Assembly (NCBI RefSeq): GCF_009914755.1
Contig: NC_060925.1
Direction: 5' to 3' (one strand)
Source of the DNA: the human T2T-CHM13v2.0 reference genome, Homo sapiens
DNA: 64,000 nt
The notes under the pieces are model-generated. The model was not told where the DNA came from. It did no database searches and was given only the letters and a program-made list of their open reading frames with translations. The stretch's first letter is position 1; the number at the start of each line of letters is the position of its first letter. The position numbers and the translations under genes were made by a program. This document shows, one piece after another, positions 1-14,325 of the stretch.

Positions 1-391
1 AGACCTAACTTGAAATTTTTTATAGCTAATTTATTACATAAGTTCATATTTAATTAACTCAAGTGAACTCAAAAAATATGGACCTACAAAATCGGAATAA
101 AAGTTTCCTCTTTATAATACTGTACTTAAGATTAAATGGAATAATGTATTTTAAATAATCTAGCAAAACAATGATACTAATACTGCTCATATGTGACATT
201 TTTGTGTGCTTTATTGCATCTTGTTCTTATTATAGTTATTTTTATTATAACTATTTTTAGCTAATAATAAAGAATTGTTCTATTATAACTATCATTATAA
301 CTATAAAATCACTTATGATTTAGTTATTTTTGTTCCCACTTCCCTTTGCTTTTTTCTTCCTGTGTCTCAATTTTTGTAAAACTCCTGTCTC

Positions 392-392
<1 letters not shown>

Positions 393-456
<64 letters not shown>

Positions 457-464
457 TTTCTTTC
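393..464. repeat. (CTTT)n tetranucleotide microsatellite
   Basis: About 18 near-perfect CTTT units, with one CTT slip near 453-456. Confidence 0.97.
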
Positions 465-1109
465 AATTAAATGATTTTCTGTTTACCTCTCTTAAAATTT
501 TAGGTATATAGCTACTTCTTTACATTTGTGATACAAAGGAGATATTTTCTTGAAAGTCAAATATGTAACATGAGATATGAAATCCTGGAGGAAAATGTCT
601 AAATGCTGCTTTTCACCTTATCTGATGAGAAAGTACAGTACGAAAAATTTACGATTGAAAATGAGAAGTTAATGACTAAATTGCCTGAGGACAAAGAAGA
701 ACTAATTTGACAGATAAGAAATTTATCGTGTTATCAAAAATAAAGCCCTTATAACAATCAATTATGCTTATACAAGTTCCTTGAATTTTGTGATTTGGAA
801 AATGACATTGTATTGCTGTCATAAAATGTTAAACAGAATATAAAACACAGAAAACTGACATCTGAGTCAATACGGAGAGACCCCATGTCCCCCAGGAAAC
901 ATCCTCTAACATTGAAGACAGCTTAAATTGGGAGCAGAAAGATGGGATGAGAAACAAGTTATCTATCATAATATAACTGATTATAATATATCTTAATAAA
1001 TGTTTGAAATTATTATTATAAAATAAATTTAAAATAAATTATTACACTTAGAAATTTTTAAAATTTCCACTAAAATGGCAGAGTAAGAGAGTAGGAGATG
1101 CCAGTCTTA

Positions 1110-1112
<3 letters not shown>

Positions 1113-1155
<43 letters not shown>

Positions 1156-1169
1156 GTATATATATATAT
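1113..1169. repeat. (CA)n(TA)n compound microsatellite in the L1 5'UTR
   Basis: Directly visible. Confidence 0.95.
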
Positions 1170-2469
1170 GACATAATAGCACAGGTAGGGCTCAAGGGCC
1201 CATTAAGGAATCTGCAACAGCACAGTAGAGCAAAAGAATATAAAGGAGAATAACCACATAGAAGGAATTGCTGGAGAGAGTGGCATACCTGAGATGGCAG
1301 GAGATGCCTAGGAGCAAAAAAGAAAGGTGGAGGCATTGGTATCAGCCATGTAGTGGGGACCACCATAGTCACCAGTGAACTCCTCGGCAGAGGACACCAG
1401 AAACTCTTGCCTCTGCAGTAGCCAACCATCATTTCTGCTGGGAAAAAACTTAGAGAGGTAGATATGGCTGCACTATCATCCAACTCCCAAGAAGCTGCTG
1501 CTGTTGAGTTGCTTTGGGAAAGGTGCCACCACCCAATCCAATCACATGCATGAGCTGACCCTACAGCTGTGACTTCTCCATAAGTGCCCACACCCAGACC
1601 CAGGCCCTGCAGTTGCACTGAGCCTGCCCATATCTCAGATATAAAGGCCATTATCAGTGAGCTACTTTGCACTCTAGACCCCAGAGCAAAGCCTTCACTA
1701 TGCATGCTCTCATTCCAGGTACTGTCTCAGCCACCATAGAAAGCCAGACTTGGCCCTAGCCCCAGAGGCGCACTCGGTTTGCATATGCCTATGCTCCCAT
1801 TCTTGGTTTCCTGGCTACTTCACAAATATTCACACCTTTTATACTCTTACCAAGGTGGTAGTAGGGGTGTCTGTGCCCTGGGATCCAGTGCAATTATTGT
1901 TCTGGTCCCAGAGCTGTAGTGTCACCACCTGTGCCTGTGCTCCAAGCCTCATTTCCATAGCCACTCTGTGGGTATTACTCACAGACACCAATGACACTGC
2001 CACTGCAAGCAAGCTCACCAACCAGACACAGTGCCAAGAGGGATCCCCTATACCACAACCTCCCCAATGGAAGACAAAGAGATCAAGAAGACCTTAACAG
2101 TCATCTCCACTGAATACCTCAACCATCCTCACCACCATTCCTGAAATTTGTAATGTTGGCCACTAATGATACCAGCAGTTTTCATTAGCACTGTCCCAGG
2201 TGACAATGCTGCACAGAGAATAATAGCTGGAACACATTAATTAGTTGCCAGAACTACTGCAAGTAACCCAGAAAGCACCCTTACACAACCCTGTAGATAA
2301 GGGTCTTCTCACAATGAAATTACCCTGTAAAGTCTGCAAGATGTGACTATTCCACCAAGTCTCCAGACATCAACATAAGGCAATGAGAAACATGAAAGAC
2401 CAGGAAGACATCAAACTACCAAAAGAATACAATGAACTCACAGTAGCTGATCCCAAAGAAATGGAGACA

Positions 2470-3170
2470 TAGTAGCCCTGTCTTATCTGCGGTTTCACTT
2501 TCCATAGTTTCAGTTACTCATGGTAAGTGAAAAATTACACAATTAAGCAATTTTTGAGTCTTAAATTTTGCATGGTCCTGAGTAGAGTGATTAAATCTCA
2601 TGCTGTTTCACTCTGTCTCATCCAGGAAATAAATAATCTCTTTGTCCTGTGTATCCATGCTATATACGTCACCTACCAGTTAGTCATCAACATCATCTTC
2701 TCCTAACAGATAACCATCAACATCATCATGGCTAGATGATCCAAGATTACTCAAAACAGATAGTCCTCCTTTTAACATATTGTAAGGAGTCAATAGTAGT
2801 CTAAGATTCATCACAATGCCTATGTAATCCCCCTACTTTATCTAATCATGCAGGCATATTTTTTTTATCTCACATCATCACAAGAAGGGTGAGTACAGTA
2901 CAATCAGATTTTTTTTTCTGAGAGAGGGAGATAAAGAGTGAGAGAGAGAACATTCTCATAACTTACAGCATATTATTATAATCATTCTATTTTATTAAGA
3001 GTTATTGTCAATGTACTATTGTGCTTAATTTTTAAACAAAATTTTATCACAGGTGTTTATGTACGTTTTAAAATGCATAGTATATATATAGGATTTGGAA
3101 CTATCCATGATTGTAAGAATCCACTGGGGGATCTTTGAATGTGTCCCCCATAAGTAAGGGGTGACTAATA
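2470..3170 (+). mobile_element. MER44 (C/D-sized, ~700 bp) non-autonomous Tigger7 DNA transposon inserted in L1 ORF1
   Basis: Degenerate TIRs 'tagtagccctgtcttatctgcgg' and 'cataagtaaggggtgactaata'. Internal 'gtgagtacagtacaat..gagagagaacattctcataac' is typical of MER44. The flanks rejoin as L1 'gaaatggaga..tacaaactgcctgacaa'. Confidence 0.85.
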
Positions 3171-3289
3171 TATACAAACTGCCTGACAAGATATTCAAAA
3201 TAATTATTGTAAGGAGCCCAGCAAACTTTGGGAAAATACACATAAACAATTCAATGAAATCAGATGAACAATAAAAGACCAAAACAATA

Positions 3290-3581
<292 letters not shown>

Positions 3582-6500
3582 CAAAGCAATATTTTTTACA
3601 GAGAGATTGAAATTATGAAATAAAATCAAGCAGAAATTATTGAGCTAAAATGCAATGAATTAAATAAAAAATGCACCAGAATGCATCAGCCGCAAAATTG
3701 ATCAAGTAGAGGAAAGAATCTGTGAATTTGAAGACTGGTTATTTGAAAAACACAAAGGATAAAAATTTAAAAAAATAATTAAAAGAAACAAAGTTTATGG
3801 GATTTATGGAACAACATCAAAAGAGCACATTTTCAAGCTACAGCAATTTCAGAAGGGAAGAAAAGGAATACAGGGGTGAAAACTTACTGAAAAAAACTAA
3901 TATCAGTAACTTTACAAATCTGGAGAAAGGTACAAATATCCAGGTACAACTACAGCAGGGTCAAAGTTCTTCAAGTAGATTCAATACAAACAAGAATACA
4001 CAAGGACATTTTATAATCAAATAGTGAAAAAAAAAGAAAAAAGAAAAAAATGAAATCAAAGACAAAGAGAGAATCCTGAAAGCAGCAAAAGAAAAGAAGC
4101 ATATCACACATGAGAGAGTTCTAGTAAGAATGGCAATAGACTTTTCAGCAGGAACCTTACAGGCCAGGAGACAGTGGGATGATATATTTAAAGTGCTGAA
4201 AGAAAAAAAAATCCTGACCACTAATATGTTCTATCACAAAGCAATCATTCAGAAATGGAGAGAAAAAGACTTTCCCAAACAAGCAAAACCTGAGGGAGGT
4301 TATTACAACCACACCTGTAATAAGAAATGTTCAAGTCATTCCTTCAAGCTGTGAAAAAAAAAAAAAAACACCAGTTAGTAACACAATACATGTGTGAATG
4401 TATAGAACTCACTTGTCAAGTTAAGTACACAATCATGTTTACACAGCCTACATTTTTAGTGTAAAGGTTGAAAACAAAAGTATTCAGTGTAATAACAGCT
4501 AAAACAATTTGTTGAGGAATATACAACATAAAATGATGGAAACTGTGACATCAAAAACATAAACTGGGAGGGGGGTGAAATAAAAGTGTAGAGCTATTTT
4601 GTGTAATCAAAGTTAAGTCTTTATCAGTTTAGAATTACCTGATACAATTGGGAGATATATGTAAGCCTCATGATAACTACAAAGCAAAAATGTAGCATAG
4701 ATATACAAAATATAAAAAGTAAGGAGTCAAAGCTTACCCCTAGAGAAAATCATGTAGTCACTAAAGAAGGCAGGAAAGGGGAAAGAAAGGGACAAATAAT
4801 TCACAAAACAATCAGTAAACAACTAATAAAATAGCAGTAATAAGTCCTTACCTATTAATAATTATTTTTAATGTAAATAGATTAAATTCCGCAATCAAAA
4901 GACATAGAGTGGCTGAATGGATAAAAAACAAGACTCCACTCTATGCTGTCTACTGATGACTCACTTCATCTTTAAAGACACATACAGATTAAAAGTTAAA
5001 AGAAATAAAAATATGTTTCATGAAAATGGAAACCAAAAGAGACCAGGGTAAGCTATACTTAATAACAGATAAAATAGATTCGATGCCCAAGACTGTAAAA
5101 ACAAAGATGGTCATTATATAATAACAAATGGGTTAATTCATCAAGAGGATATAATAAATGCATATATGTACCCAACATTGTAGCACCTAAATATATAGAA
5201 AATATTAATAGATCCAAAAAGATAAAAATGATGCAATGCAATAATAGTAGGGGACTTCAATATCTCACTTTCAGCTATGGAAATATCATCTAGGCAGCAA
5301 ATCAATAATGAAATACTGGACTTGAGTATATTTTAGACCAAAGAGACCTACAAGACATGTACAGATCATTCTATCCAACAGTAGAAGAATACATGTTCTT
5401 TTCAAGTGTACACAGATCATTCTACAGAATAGATCATATGTTAGACCAAAAAAACAAGTCTGAACTCATTTCGGAAGACTGAAATCATATCACATACCAT
5501 TTTTGATCACAATCATATGAAACTAGAATCAACAATAGGAAAAATTTTGGAATATTTACAAATACATGGAAAGTAAAGATCATGTTTATAAACAATCAAT
5601 GGACCAAAGAACATCAAAAAGAAAGTTAAAAATATCCTGAGGCAAATAAAAATAGAAACATAACACAATAAAACATATGGGATACAGCAAAAATGGTTCT
5701 AAGAGGAAAAAACACCCATGCCTCCCACAAAAAATAGGTATTCAAATAAACAATCTAATGTTACAATAAAGAAACTCAGAAAGAAGAACAAACTAGTCCC
5801 ACAGTTAGCTGAAGAAAAAAAATAATAAAAATCAGAGCAGCAATAAATAAAATGATCCTAGAAAATCAATATAAAAGATCAATAATAATAAGAGTTGGGT
5901 TTTGAAAAGATGAAATGGGCAAACTTTTAGCTAGACTAAGAAAATAACAGAAGAATCAAATAAATATATCAGAAATGAAAAAGGAGATATAACAGATACC
6001 ACAGAAACACAAATGACATAAGAGATTACTATAAACACTTATATGACAACAAACTGTATAAGAAGAAATGGATAAATGTCTAGAAACATACAACATACCG
6101 AGTCACGAAGAAACAGATAATCTGAACATACGAAAAATGGGTACATTCAACAGTACATTAAAATAATAGTTTTGCATAAACAGGTGGGGTTTATCCAGAT
6201 AACTAGGATGCAAGTATGATGCAATGTATGCAAATAAATGTTTTATACCACATTACTAGATGAAAAACAAAAACAAAAGCCATATGATCCTCACACTCGG
6301 GTCAGAATAGGCTTTTCACAAAATTCAACACCCTTTAATGATAAAAACTCTCAACAAACTAGGTATGGAGGTAGTGTGCCTCAACACAGTAAAGTCCATA
6401 TAGGACAAGCTCATAGCAGATTTCATATTGAATTGGGAAAAGTTGCAAGCTTTCCCTATAAGACTTGAAGAAAGGAAGAATGCTCACTCTCACCACTTCT

Positions 6501-6602
6501 ATTTAACGTAGTACTGGAAGTCCTAGCCAGAACGATTAAGAAAGAGAATGAAATAAAAGATATATTCAAATAAAAAGAAATAATTTAAATTTTCTATGCT
6601 GA

Positions 6603-6626
6603 ATATATATATATATATATATATAT
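6603..6626. repeat. (AT)n microsatellite at the RT active-site region of the L1
   Basis: 12 AT units. Confidence 0.9.
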
Positions 6627-7169
6627 GAAACTGTAAAGACTTCAAAAAGCTGCTGACACTAATAAACAAATTCAAGTTATAGCATACAAAATCAACATAC
6701 AAAAAGCAACAGCATTTCCATACACCAACAATAAATTATCCGAAAAAGGAATCAAGAAAATAATTCCATTTGTAATAGCTACAAAAAAGTAATAAAAAGT
6801 TAATACCTTTTACCAATGAAGTAAAAGAAATGTACATTGAAAACTGTAAAATACTGATAAAAGAAACTGAAGAGGACACAAAAAATCCAAAAAAAAAAGG
6901 AAGATATTCTGTGTTCATGGATTGAAAAAATTAATATTGTTAAAACGTCAATACTGCCCAAAGTGTTCCACAGATTCAAGGTAATCCCTATCCAAATTCC
7001 AAGGACAGTTTTGTAGAAATAGAAAGACCAGCCCTAAAATTTGTGTAAAACCACAGCACATCCTGAAAAACAATAAATCTTGAGTAGTAAGAACAAAGCT
7101 GGAGGCCTCACACTTACCTGACTTCAAATTATACTACAAAGCTGTAGTTATAAACAGTATGATGACAGC

Positions 7170-7172
<3 letters not shown>

Positions 7173-7209
<37 letters not shown>
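7173..7209. repeat. (AC)n microsatellite in L1 ORF2
   Basis: About 18 perfect units. Confidence 0.95.
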
Positions 7210-7210
<1 letters not shown>

Positions 7211-8189
7211 TAATGGAACAGAATGGAGAGTCCAAAAATAAATTCATGTTTGTAGTCAACTGATTTTAAACAAGTTGCCACAAAAATACAATGAGAAAAG
7301 GGAAATTTCTTCAATAAATTGAGCTGAAAAAATTGAAGATTCACGTGCAGACAAATAATCAGACCCATATTTCATATTACAAACAAAAATCAGCTCAAAA
7401 TGGATTAGAGATTTAAACACAGATCAGAAACTGTAAAACTACTAGGAAAAAAATAGAGTAAATGCACCATGACATTGGATGAGTAATTATTCTTTGGATA
7501 TGACCCCAAAAGCCCATGCAACAAAAGTAAAAATAAACAAGTGGTATTACATCAAACAAATAAGCTTCTGCACAGTCAAGGAAACAATCATCAGAGCAAA
7601 GAGACAATCTACAGAATGAGAGAATATATTTGCAAACCAAACTTATAATAAGAGGTTAATACCACAAATGTATAAGGAATGCAAACAAATCAATACCAAG
7701 AAAACAGAAAACCTAATTAAAAATGACCTGAATAGATAGAGCAAATGACCTGAATAGATAGATCTTAAAAGAAGACATACACATGGCCAAGAAGTATAAA
7801 AAAATGCTTAACTTCACTAATAATCAGGGAAATGCTAATTAATACCACAACAAGATACGTGCACCTGTTAGAATCATTATTTTCAAAAAGATAAAAACAA
7901 AACAAAACAAGTGTTTGTGTGGCGGTGGAAAAAAGAGAACTTTTTCCTTTTTTTGTAAAAATATAAATTACTGCAGCCATTAGGGAAACAGTTTAATGTT
8001 TCCTCAAAAAAATTAAAAATATAAGAACCATATGATCTAGTAAACTACTGAGTATATATCCAAAAAATATGAAGTCAGTTTGTTGAAGAGATACCTGAAC
8101 TCCCCTAGTCATTGCAGAATAATTCATAATAGCCAAGATATTGAATCAATCTGAGTGTCCATTAATGGATGAATGGTTAAAAATATGTG

Positions 8190-8200
8190 ATCTATCTATC

Positions 8201-8246
<46 letters not shown>

Positions 8247-8259
8247 AATCTATCATTCT

Positions 8260-8291
<32 letters not shown>

Positions 8292-8302
8292 ACACACACA
8301 CA
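8190..8302. repeat. (TCTA)n followed by (CA)n compound microsatellite in the L1 3' region
   Basis: Directly visible. Confidence 0.95.
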
Positions 8303-8984
8303 GATAGTATTTAAACTTAAAAATGAAGGAAGTCTTATCATTTGCAACCACATGGGTGAATGTGAAGGACATTATATTAAGCAAAATAAGCCAGTCACAC
8401 TAAGACAAATATTGCATGCTGACTTGAATGTGGGGTGTAAAAAAGTCTAACTCACAAACAGAGAGTAATATAATAATTAACAGAGGCTAAACGATGGAGG
8501 AATAGAGGTTGTGTTAGTCAAAGAACAAAAAATTTTATTTAGAATACGTTCAAGAGATTATGGTGATTACAGTTAATAACAATATATTGTATATTTGAAC
8601 ACTGAAAAGAAAGTAGCTTTTGAGTATTCTCATCACACACAAAACTGGCATGTGAGATAATACATATATTAAATAGCTTCAGTTAAGCGTAGTAAAATGT
8701 ACACATTATCAAAACATATATACTATACATATTTACACTTTTTACTTGTAAATTAAAATAACCATGAAAATAAACTATCCTTCCAAAAATATAATAAGTA
8801 AAAAAAGAAGCAATGATATATGGCAAGAAACAGTAAATTACATGGCTCAGTGTCCAAAATGCATTAAAAATTAATGACATTAATCATTAAAATTATAAAA
8901 TATTGATAAAATATAGATATTTCACATTATTAAATCACTGTGAAGAGGAAGGCAAAGAAAAAGCAGAAGCAGCAAAAACAAAAT

Positions 8985-9070
8985 CAGCTGCAGCCACAGA
9001 GACCATATGTAGTTTTCAAAGTCTGAAATATTTAGTATTTGATTCTTTATTGAAAAATTTTGCAAATCTG
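8985..9070 (+). mobile_element. MER58 (hAT-Charlie) terminal fragment
   Basis: 'acagagaccatatg..caaagtctgaaatatttagtatttgattcttta..aaaaattttgc' resembles the MER58A 3' end. Confidence 0.6.
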
Positions 9071-11165
9071 GATACATTGCATCCTTTAATTATAATTATA
9101 TTTTTTTCCATTTCTGATTTGAATTTTATAAATAAGATCTTACAGTTCATTTTACTTTTGGTTTGGTGTGAGAAGAAGGGATAATTGCTTTACTATATTT
9201 AATACCATTTAAAAAATATTTTGATCAAAATAGGAGAGAATTGTTGATTTAAACTTGGGACAAAATAGTTCGATTAAAGGCAAGAACCCAGATGAGTTGA
9301 CCTCAGGGCTATAAATAATGAAAGTCAAAATTGGGTGGAAGTGACAAAAGAAAAAGACAATGGGTTTCATTATGTTTTAGATATCAGGGCCAAAAAAACA
9401 CAAAATTGCATATGCACACTAATGTATACACATACATACAAGCAGGATCAGGCAATCATCCTAAGTACTCAATAAATAGTACTTAAATATCATTTATATA
9501 TTGCATTTTAGAATTATTGAAATATATTGTTTTAATCTCAAAATCAGTGCTATTTGTTACTTGCCATAATAAAACATATAATGATGTCCTATTAATGCTA
9601 ACTCATATTTTTTATTTTTACCTATATTAGAGAATGAATTCTGAGTAATGAATTCTATAACATAAATTATTTGCAACTTAAGGGCCATGGCTAAATTGAT
9701 GCTGGTTTTATTTGCTTAAAACCCAGCAACTTAAGGGTTTGGACTGAAACTCCTTCGGGTTGCAGTCTGATTTGTGATGACACTGGTGACAAGTGAGGGA
9801 ACATGCCAGGCAAAGTTCAAGACTGTTTCCTATTCCCACAGTTTCCAGCACCACCACCACTACAACAAACAAACAAAACAACATCTACTGAGTGTTTATT
9901 ACGCACTAAGAGAGTTCTAAGAGTTTTACATAGATTCATACGTAAGAGCTTTATGTAGGTCATCAGTGGTTCAACAGAAGATAGCTTATGTAGCAAAAGG
10001 TACAGACCATGACTGCAGAAAATGCTATATAGGAAGATTATTTTAGCCATATAACCAAATAGATTTATTGAAGTACTCTATTGCAGAATGATCCTTATTT
10101 TAGAGAATATTTATGGTTTAAGCTCATGTATCTTCCCTGAGTAATCCCAAATGACAATTTTCTTTTAAATCATTTTTTCTTAATAATATTGAGAAATGAG
10201 CTTTCAAAAAGTGAATTACTGTTAGCTTGTGGGCATTAACTTTCCAAATTATGTCACTCGTCTAACTTATTTGGAGCCCCTTATGCCAATGGCAAATGTA
10301 AAAGAAGTTTTACAAATATATGTCCCTATGCCAGTTATTATTGTAATGTTTGTTATAAACTGTTTATCCTAAAAAATAAAATATATAATATTTAGATTTT
10401 AGAAAGGTTAAATACAACTTATAGTAAAATATTTTATTAGAATAATTCATCCTTAATATATTTTGTCATCAAGTCAAATACATTACATAATGTCATAAAT
10501 CCATAGGAAATTTTATATGATCACCTACGTCCTTATATCAGACAAAGGGAGGAATATATTATATGTTGAAATACTACTTCAATACAAATTTTAAATAGTT
10601 ATTGCTCTGCAGAGCCTTGTTTGGAAGTCTGATGGCACAGAAAATTCCTTAGGACATACCTCTCAAAGAAACTCAGCCTATTTTATTTCAAATGATTCAC
10701 CTTTTCAGTCACTCATGTATTGAAAATCAGATAGCGTTTGAAATAACGGCATATTTTTTGAAAAAGTATTAACAGATTAACTTTCTGCACCATTTAGTGT
10801 TATATCTCTTGGGTCTCAAAGGCACCCTTCTAAACTTTGCCCATGATGTTGGAGGTTCAGACTCTGCCAACTGCATTTTTCCTTTGCCAGTGAAGGAGGT
10901 GTCTGTACGAAGAGAATGTTCTGGAATTCTGAGAGAAGAGAGAAAGAGACTTGCCTTTTTCTGATGTAGCGCTGTTCCTGCCAGCATTAATTTAGCAATG
11001 GCCCTTTATCCTGGCAGAGGCACTGAGATCTCCATTATCCAGTTTTTCTTATGCTCATTCATAATCAGCTTCCCACATGCTCCCTTAAAGGTGGAACCAC
11101 AAGCCCTGCAATGCTCCCTCTTCAATGGTATCAACATCAGAAAGCAGCACTCCCACACCTGATTC

Positions 11166-11958
11166 TGTGTCCGGAATTGGTTCCTTCCAATGGGTTCTTG
11201 GTCTTGCTGCCTTCAAGAATGAAGCTGCAGACCCTCGTGGTGAGTGTTACAGTTCTTAAAGATGGTGTGTCCAGAGTTTTTTCCTTCAGATTTTCAAATG
11301 TGTCCAGAGTTTCTTCCTTTTGGTGGGTTCATGGTCTTGCTGACTTCAGGAGTTAAACCACAGACCTTTGCAGTGAGTGTTACAGCTCTTAAAGGTGGCT
11401 TGTCCAGAGTTGTTCGTTCCTCCTGGTGGGTTCGTGGCCTCACTGGCTTCACGAGTGAAGCTGCGGACATTTGCTGTGAGTGTTACAGCCCATAAGGGTA
11501 GTGCGGACCCAAAGAGTGAGCAGCAGCAAGATTTATTGCAAAGAGCGAAAGAACAAAGCTTCTACAGGGTGGAATCGGGGTCCTGGAATCGGGGTGGTGG
11601 AATTGGACCCCAACAGGTTGCCTGCTGGCTAGGGCGGCCTGCTTTTATTCCCTTATATTGCCCCACCCACATCCTGCTGATTGGTCCATTTTACAGAGAG
11701 CTGACTGGTCCGTTTTACAGAATGCTGATTGGTCCGTTTTGACAGAGTGCTGATTGGTGCATTTACAAACCTTCAGCCAGACAGAAAAGTTCTCCAAGTC
11801 CCCTACCTGATTAGCTAGACACAGAGCACTGATTGGTGCATTTACAAATCTTTAGCTAGACACAGAGTGCTGACTGGTGCATTTACAATCCTTTAGCTAG
11901 GCAGAAAAGTTCTCCAAGTCCCCACCCCACCCAGAAGCCCAGCCTGCTTCACCTCTCA
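11166..11958 (-). mobile_element. LTR12-family (ERV9) solo LTR
   Basis: Minus strand runs TGAGAGGTGAAGC...AATTCCGGACACA. Exact 4-bp TSD ATTC (11162-11165 and 11959-11962). Tandem CCAAT-containing U3 repeats, and U5 'gtgagtgttacag' repeats. Confidence 0.95.
11635..11885 (-). promoter_or_regulatory. LTR12 U3 promoter/enhancer: NF-Y CCAAT array and TATA-like AATAAAA
   Basis: Four intact 'tgattggt' (CCAAT on minus) at ~11678, 11726, 11751 and 11830, plus two degenerate 'tgactggt'. Minus strand 'gggaataaaagcaggc' at ~11637-11653. Activity is not shown by the sequence. Confidence 0.6.
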
Positions 11959-13161
11959 ATTCTAGTCTCAGTTCCATAGAGCCTCTTCCCCAAACTTTTA
12001 GAATCCAATAAGCCAAATTCTTCTCTTTGTTTGCTAAATGATTTCTAGAATCTCTATCCATGTGTTATCCCAGATTCTTTCTTTAGCTGTTTAGTCATCT
12101 AACAACTGATTAATGATTTCTTTGTATTAATTTCCTTCTGTAAAAATAAGTGGCATAGCTTTTGTTTTCCTTACTAAATAGTGGTTTATTTTTAATTAAA
12201 TACTTGCCTTATTAAATGTCCAAAAAAATCTGTCTTATTGTCAAATTAAAATTAAAGCAGAAGGAAAAGTAACTTATTTTTCTCACTCCTCTTTCCACTC
12301 TGTCCTCTAATAATTAGATTTAAAGGGAATCAGTGTTCGGACAACTCTTTTTAGAATGAAAATAATATATTCCAACATATGTATCCTCCATTATTGTCTC
12401 GGGTAAGTATTATATCTTCAACAGAAATGGATAGGGGAAGGAGGAGGTAAAAGAAAAGTATCTAATGTTTCTTATTTTTGATGATTGCATTTCTATGCTT
12501 TTGATTATGGACAAAATTTCCCTTTGATCAAACTCTTGCAATTAGGAAGCAAATAAAGTGTCTCAGCAGTTGCTGAGATTCTTAGTGATATTTTTATAAT
12601 TTAGATCTACCCATGTTTATCAGTTACAATATCTGTAAATTTATCTCTATCTTGAAATCCATAATTATTTTTAACGTGAGGTAATTGGTTGTAGCCAAAA
12701 TCATTCAGTCAATAATTAATCAAGACACTCTCTTACTATAGATTTATCCATTACATTTAATCACAAAACAGTTTATACTTGTACAATTTATTTGTATATT
12801 TGTTTAGAATTTTAACTTTGAATAAGGTATCTAAAACAAATATTCATTGTTAGCAAAAGGAGAGTTAAATTCTGCATTATTCTACTTGATCTTGCTTTTC
12901 AGATAGGAATCATGAAGTTCATGACTAAAAGTGAGCAATTTTGATTTGGGTACATTTTCTTCTAAAACATTTCCTATCTCCTTATATTTTAATTGAAAAA
13001 GGATTATCTAAACATGTATGGGTCAACTTGTTAAACCAACCCAAGTCATACGAAGCAGGAAGATGGTCCTATAAATATTTTCTTTAATTTAAAAAACTAA
13101 AAATCTTATTAAAATGTAATCATAATGTATTTAGAATTAATATTTAAAAATAAATACTTGT

Positions 13162-14149
<988 letters not shown>

Positions 14150-14325
14150 GATGAATCTGAATTTTTATATAACAAAGGTTTACAAAATTCTGAGTGCAGT
14201 AAATCAGAAGAGAGTATGTTTTTAAATTACTGAATAGAAAAAATATATAACCTTTGAAATTAAAGTGGAATTTTTCAAGTAGAGAATTTCCCATTTTAAA
14301 CAAATTTTTGAAACTTATGTGATTG

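Larger units (their letters stand above)
10797..12180 (+). mobile_element. LTR33-family ERVL solo LTR, split by LTR12
   Basis: Start 'cacccttctaaactttgcccatgatgttggaggttcagactctgccaactgcatttttcctttgccag' and end 'tttgtattaatttccttctgtaaaaataagtggcatagcttttgttttcct' resemble LTR33 consensus ends. Confidence 0.6.

Noticed and set aside
1112-2097. ORFs of 197 aa (minus) and 115 aa (plus)
   Set aside because: Both lie in the GC-richer L1 5'UTR, where stops are rarer. The 197-aa ORF ends in a translated microsatellite (YIYI..CVCV). No recognisable domain.
9798-9820. Possible p53 response element 'gaacatgccaggcaaagttc'
   Set aside because: Only one imperfect half-site. The second lacks the CWWG core in register.
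11220-11500. Regularly spaced 'gtgagtgttacag' repeats that superficially resemble a CRISPR array
   Set aside because: These are internal U5 tandem repeats of LTR12. The spacers are homologous to each other, the context is eukaryotic, and there are no cas genes.
11051-11742. Three overlapping ORFs of 83-121 aa
   Set aside because: Antisense read-through of LTR12 tandem repeats; a common artefact.
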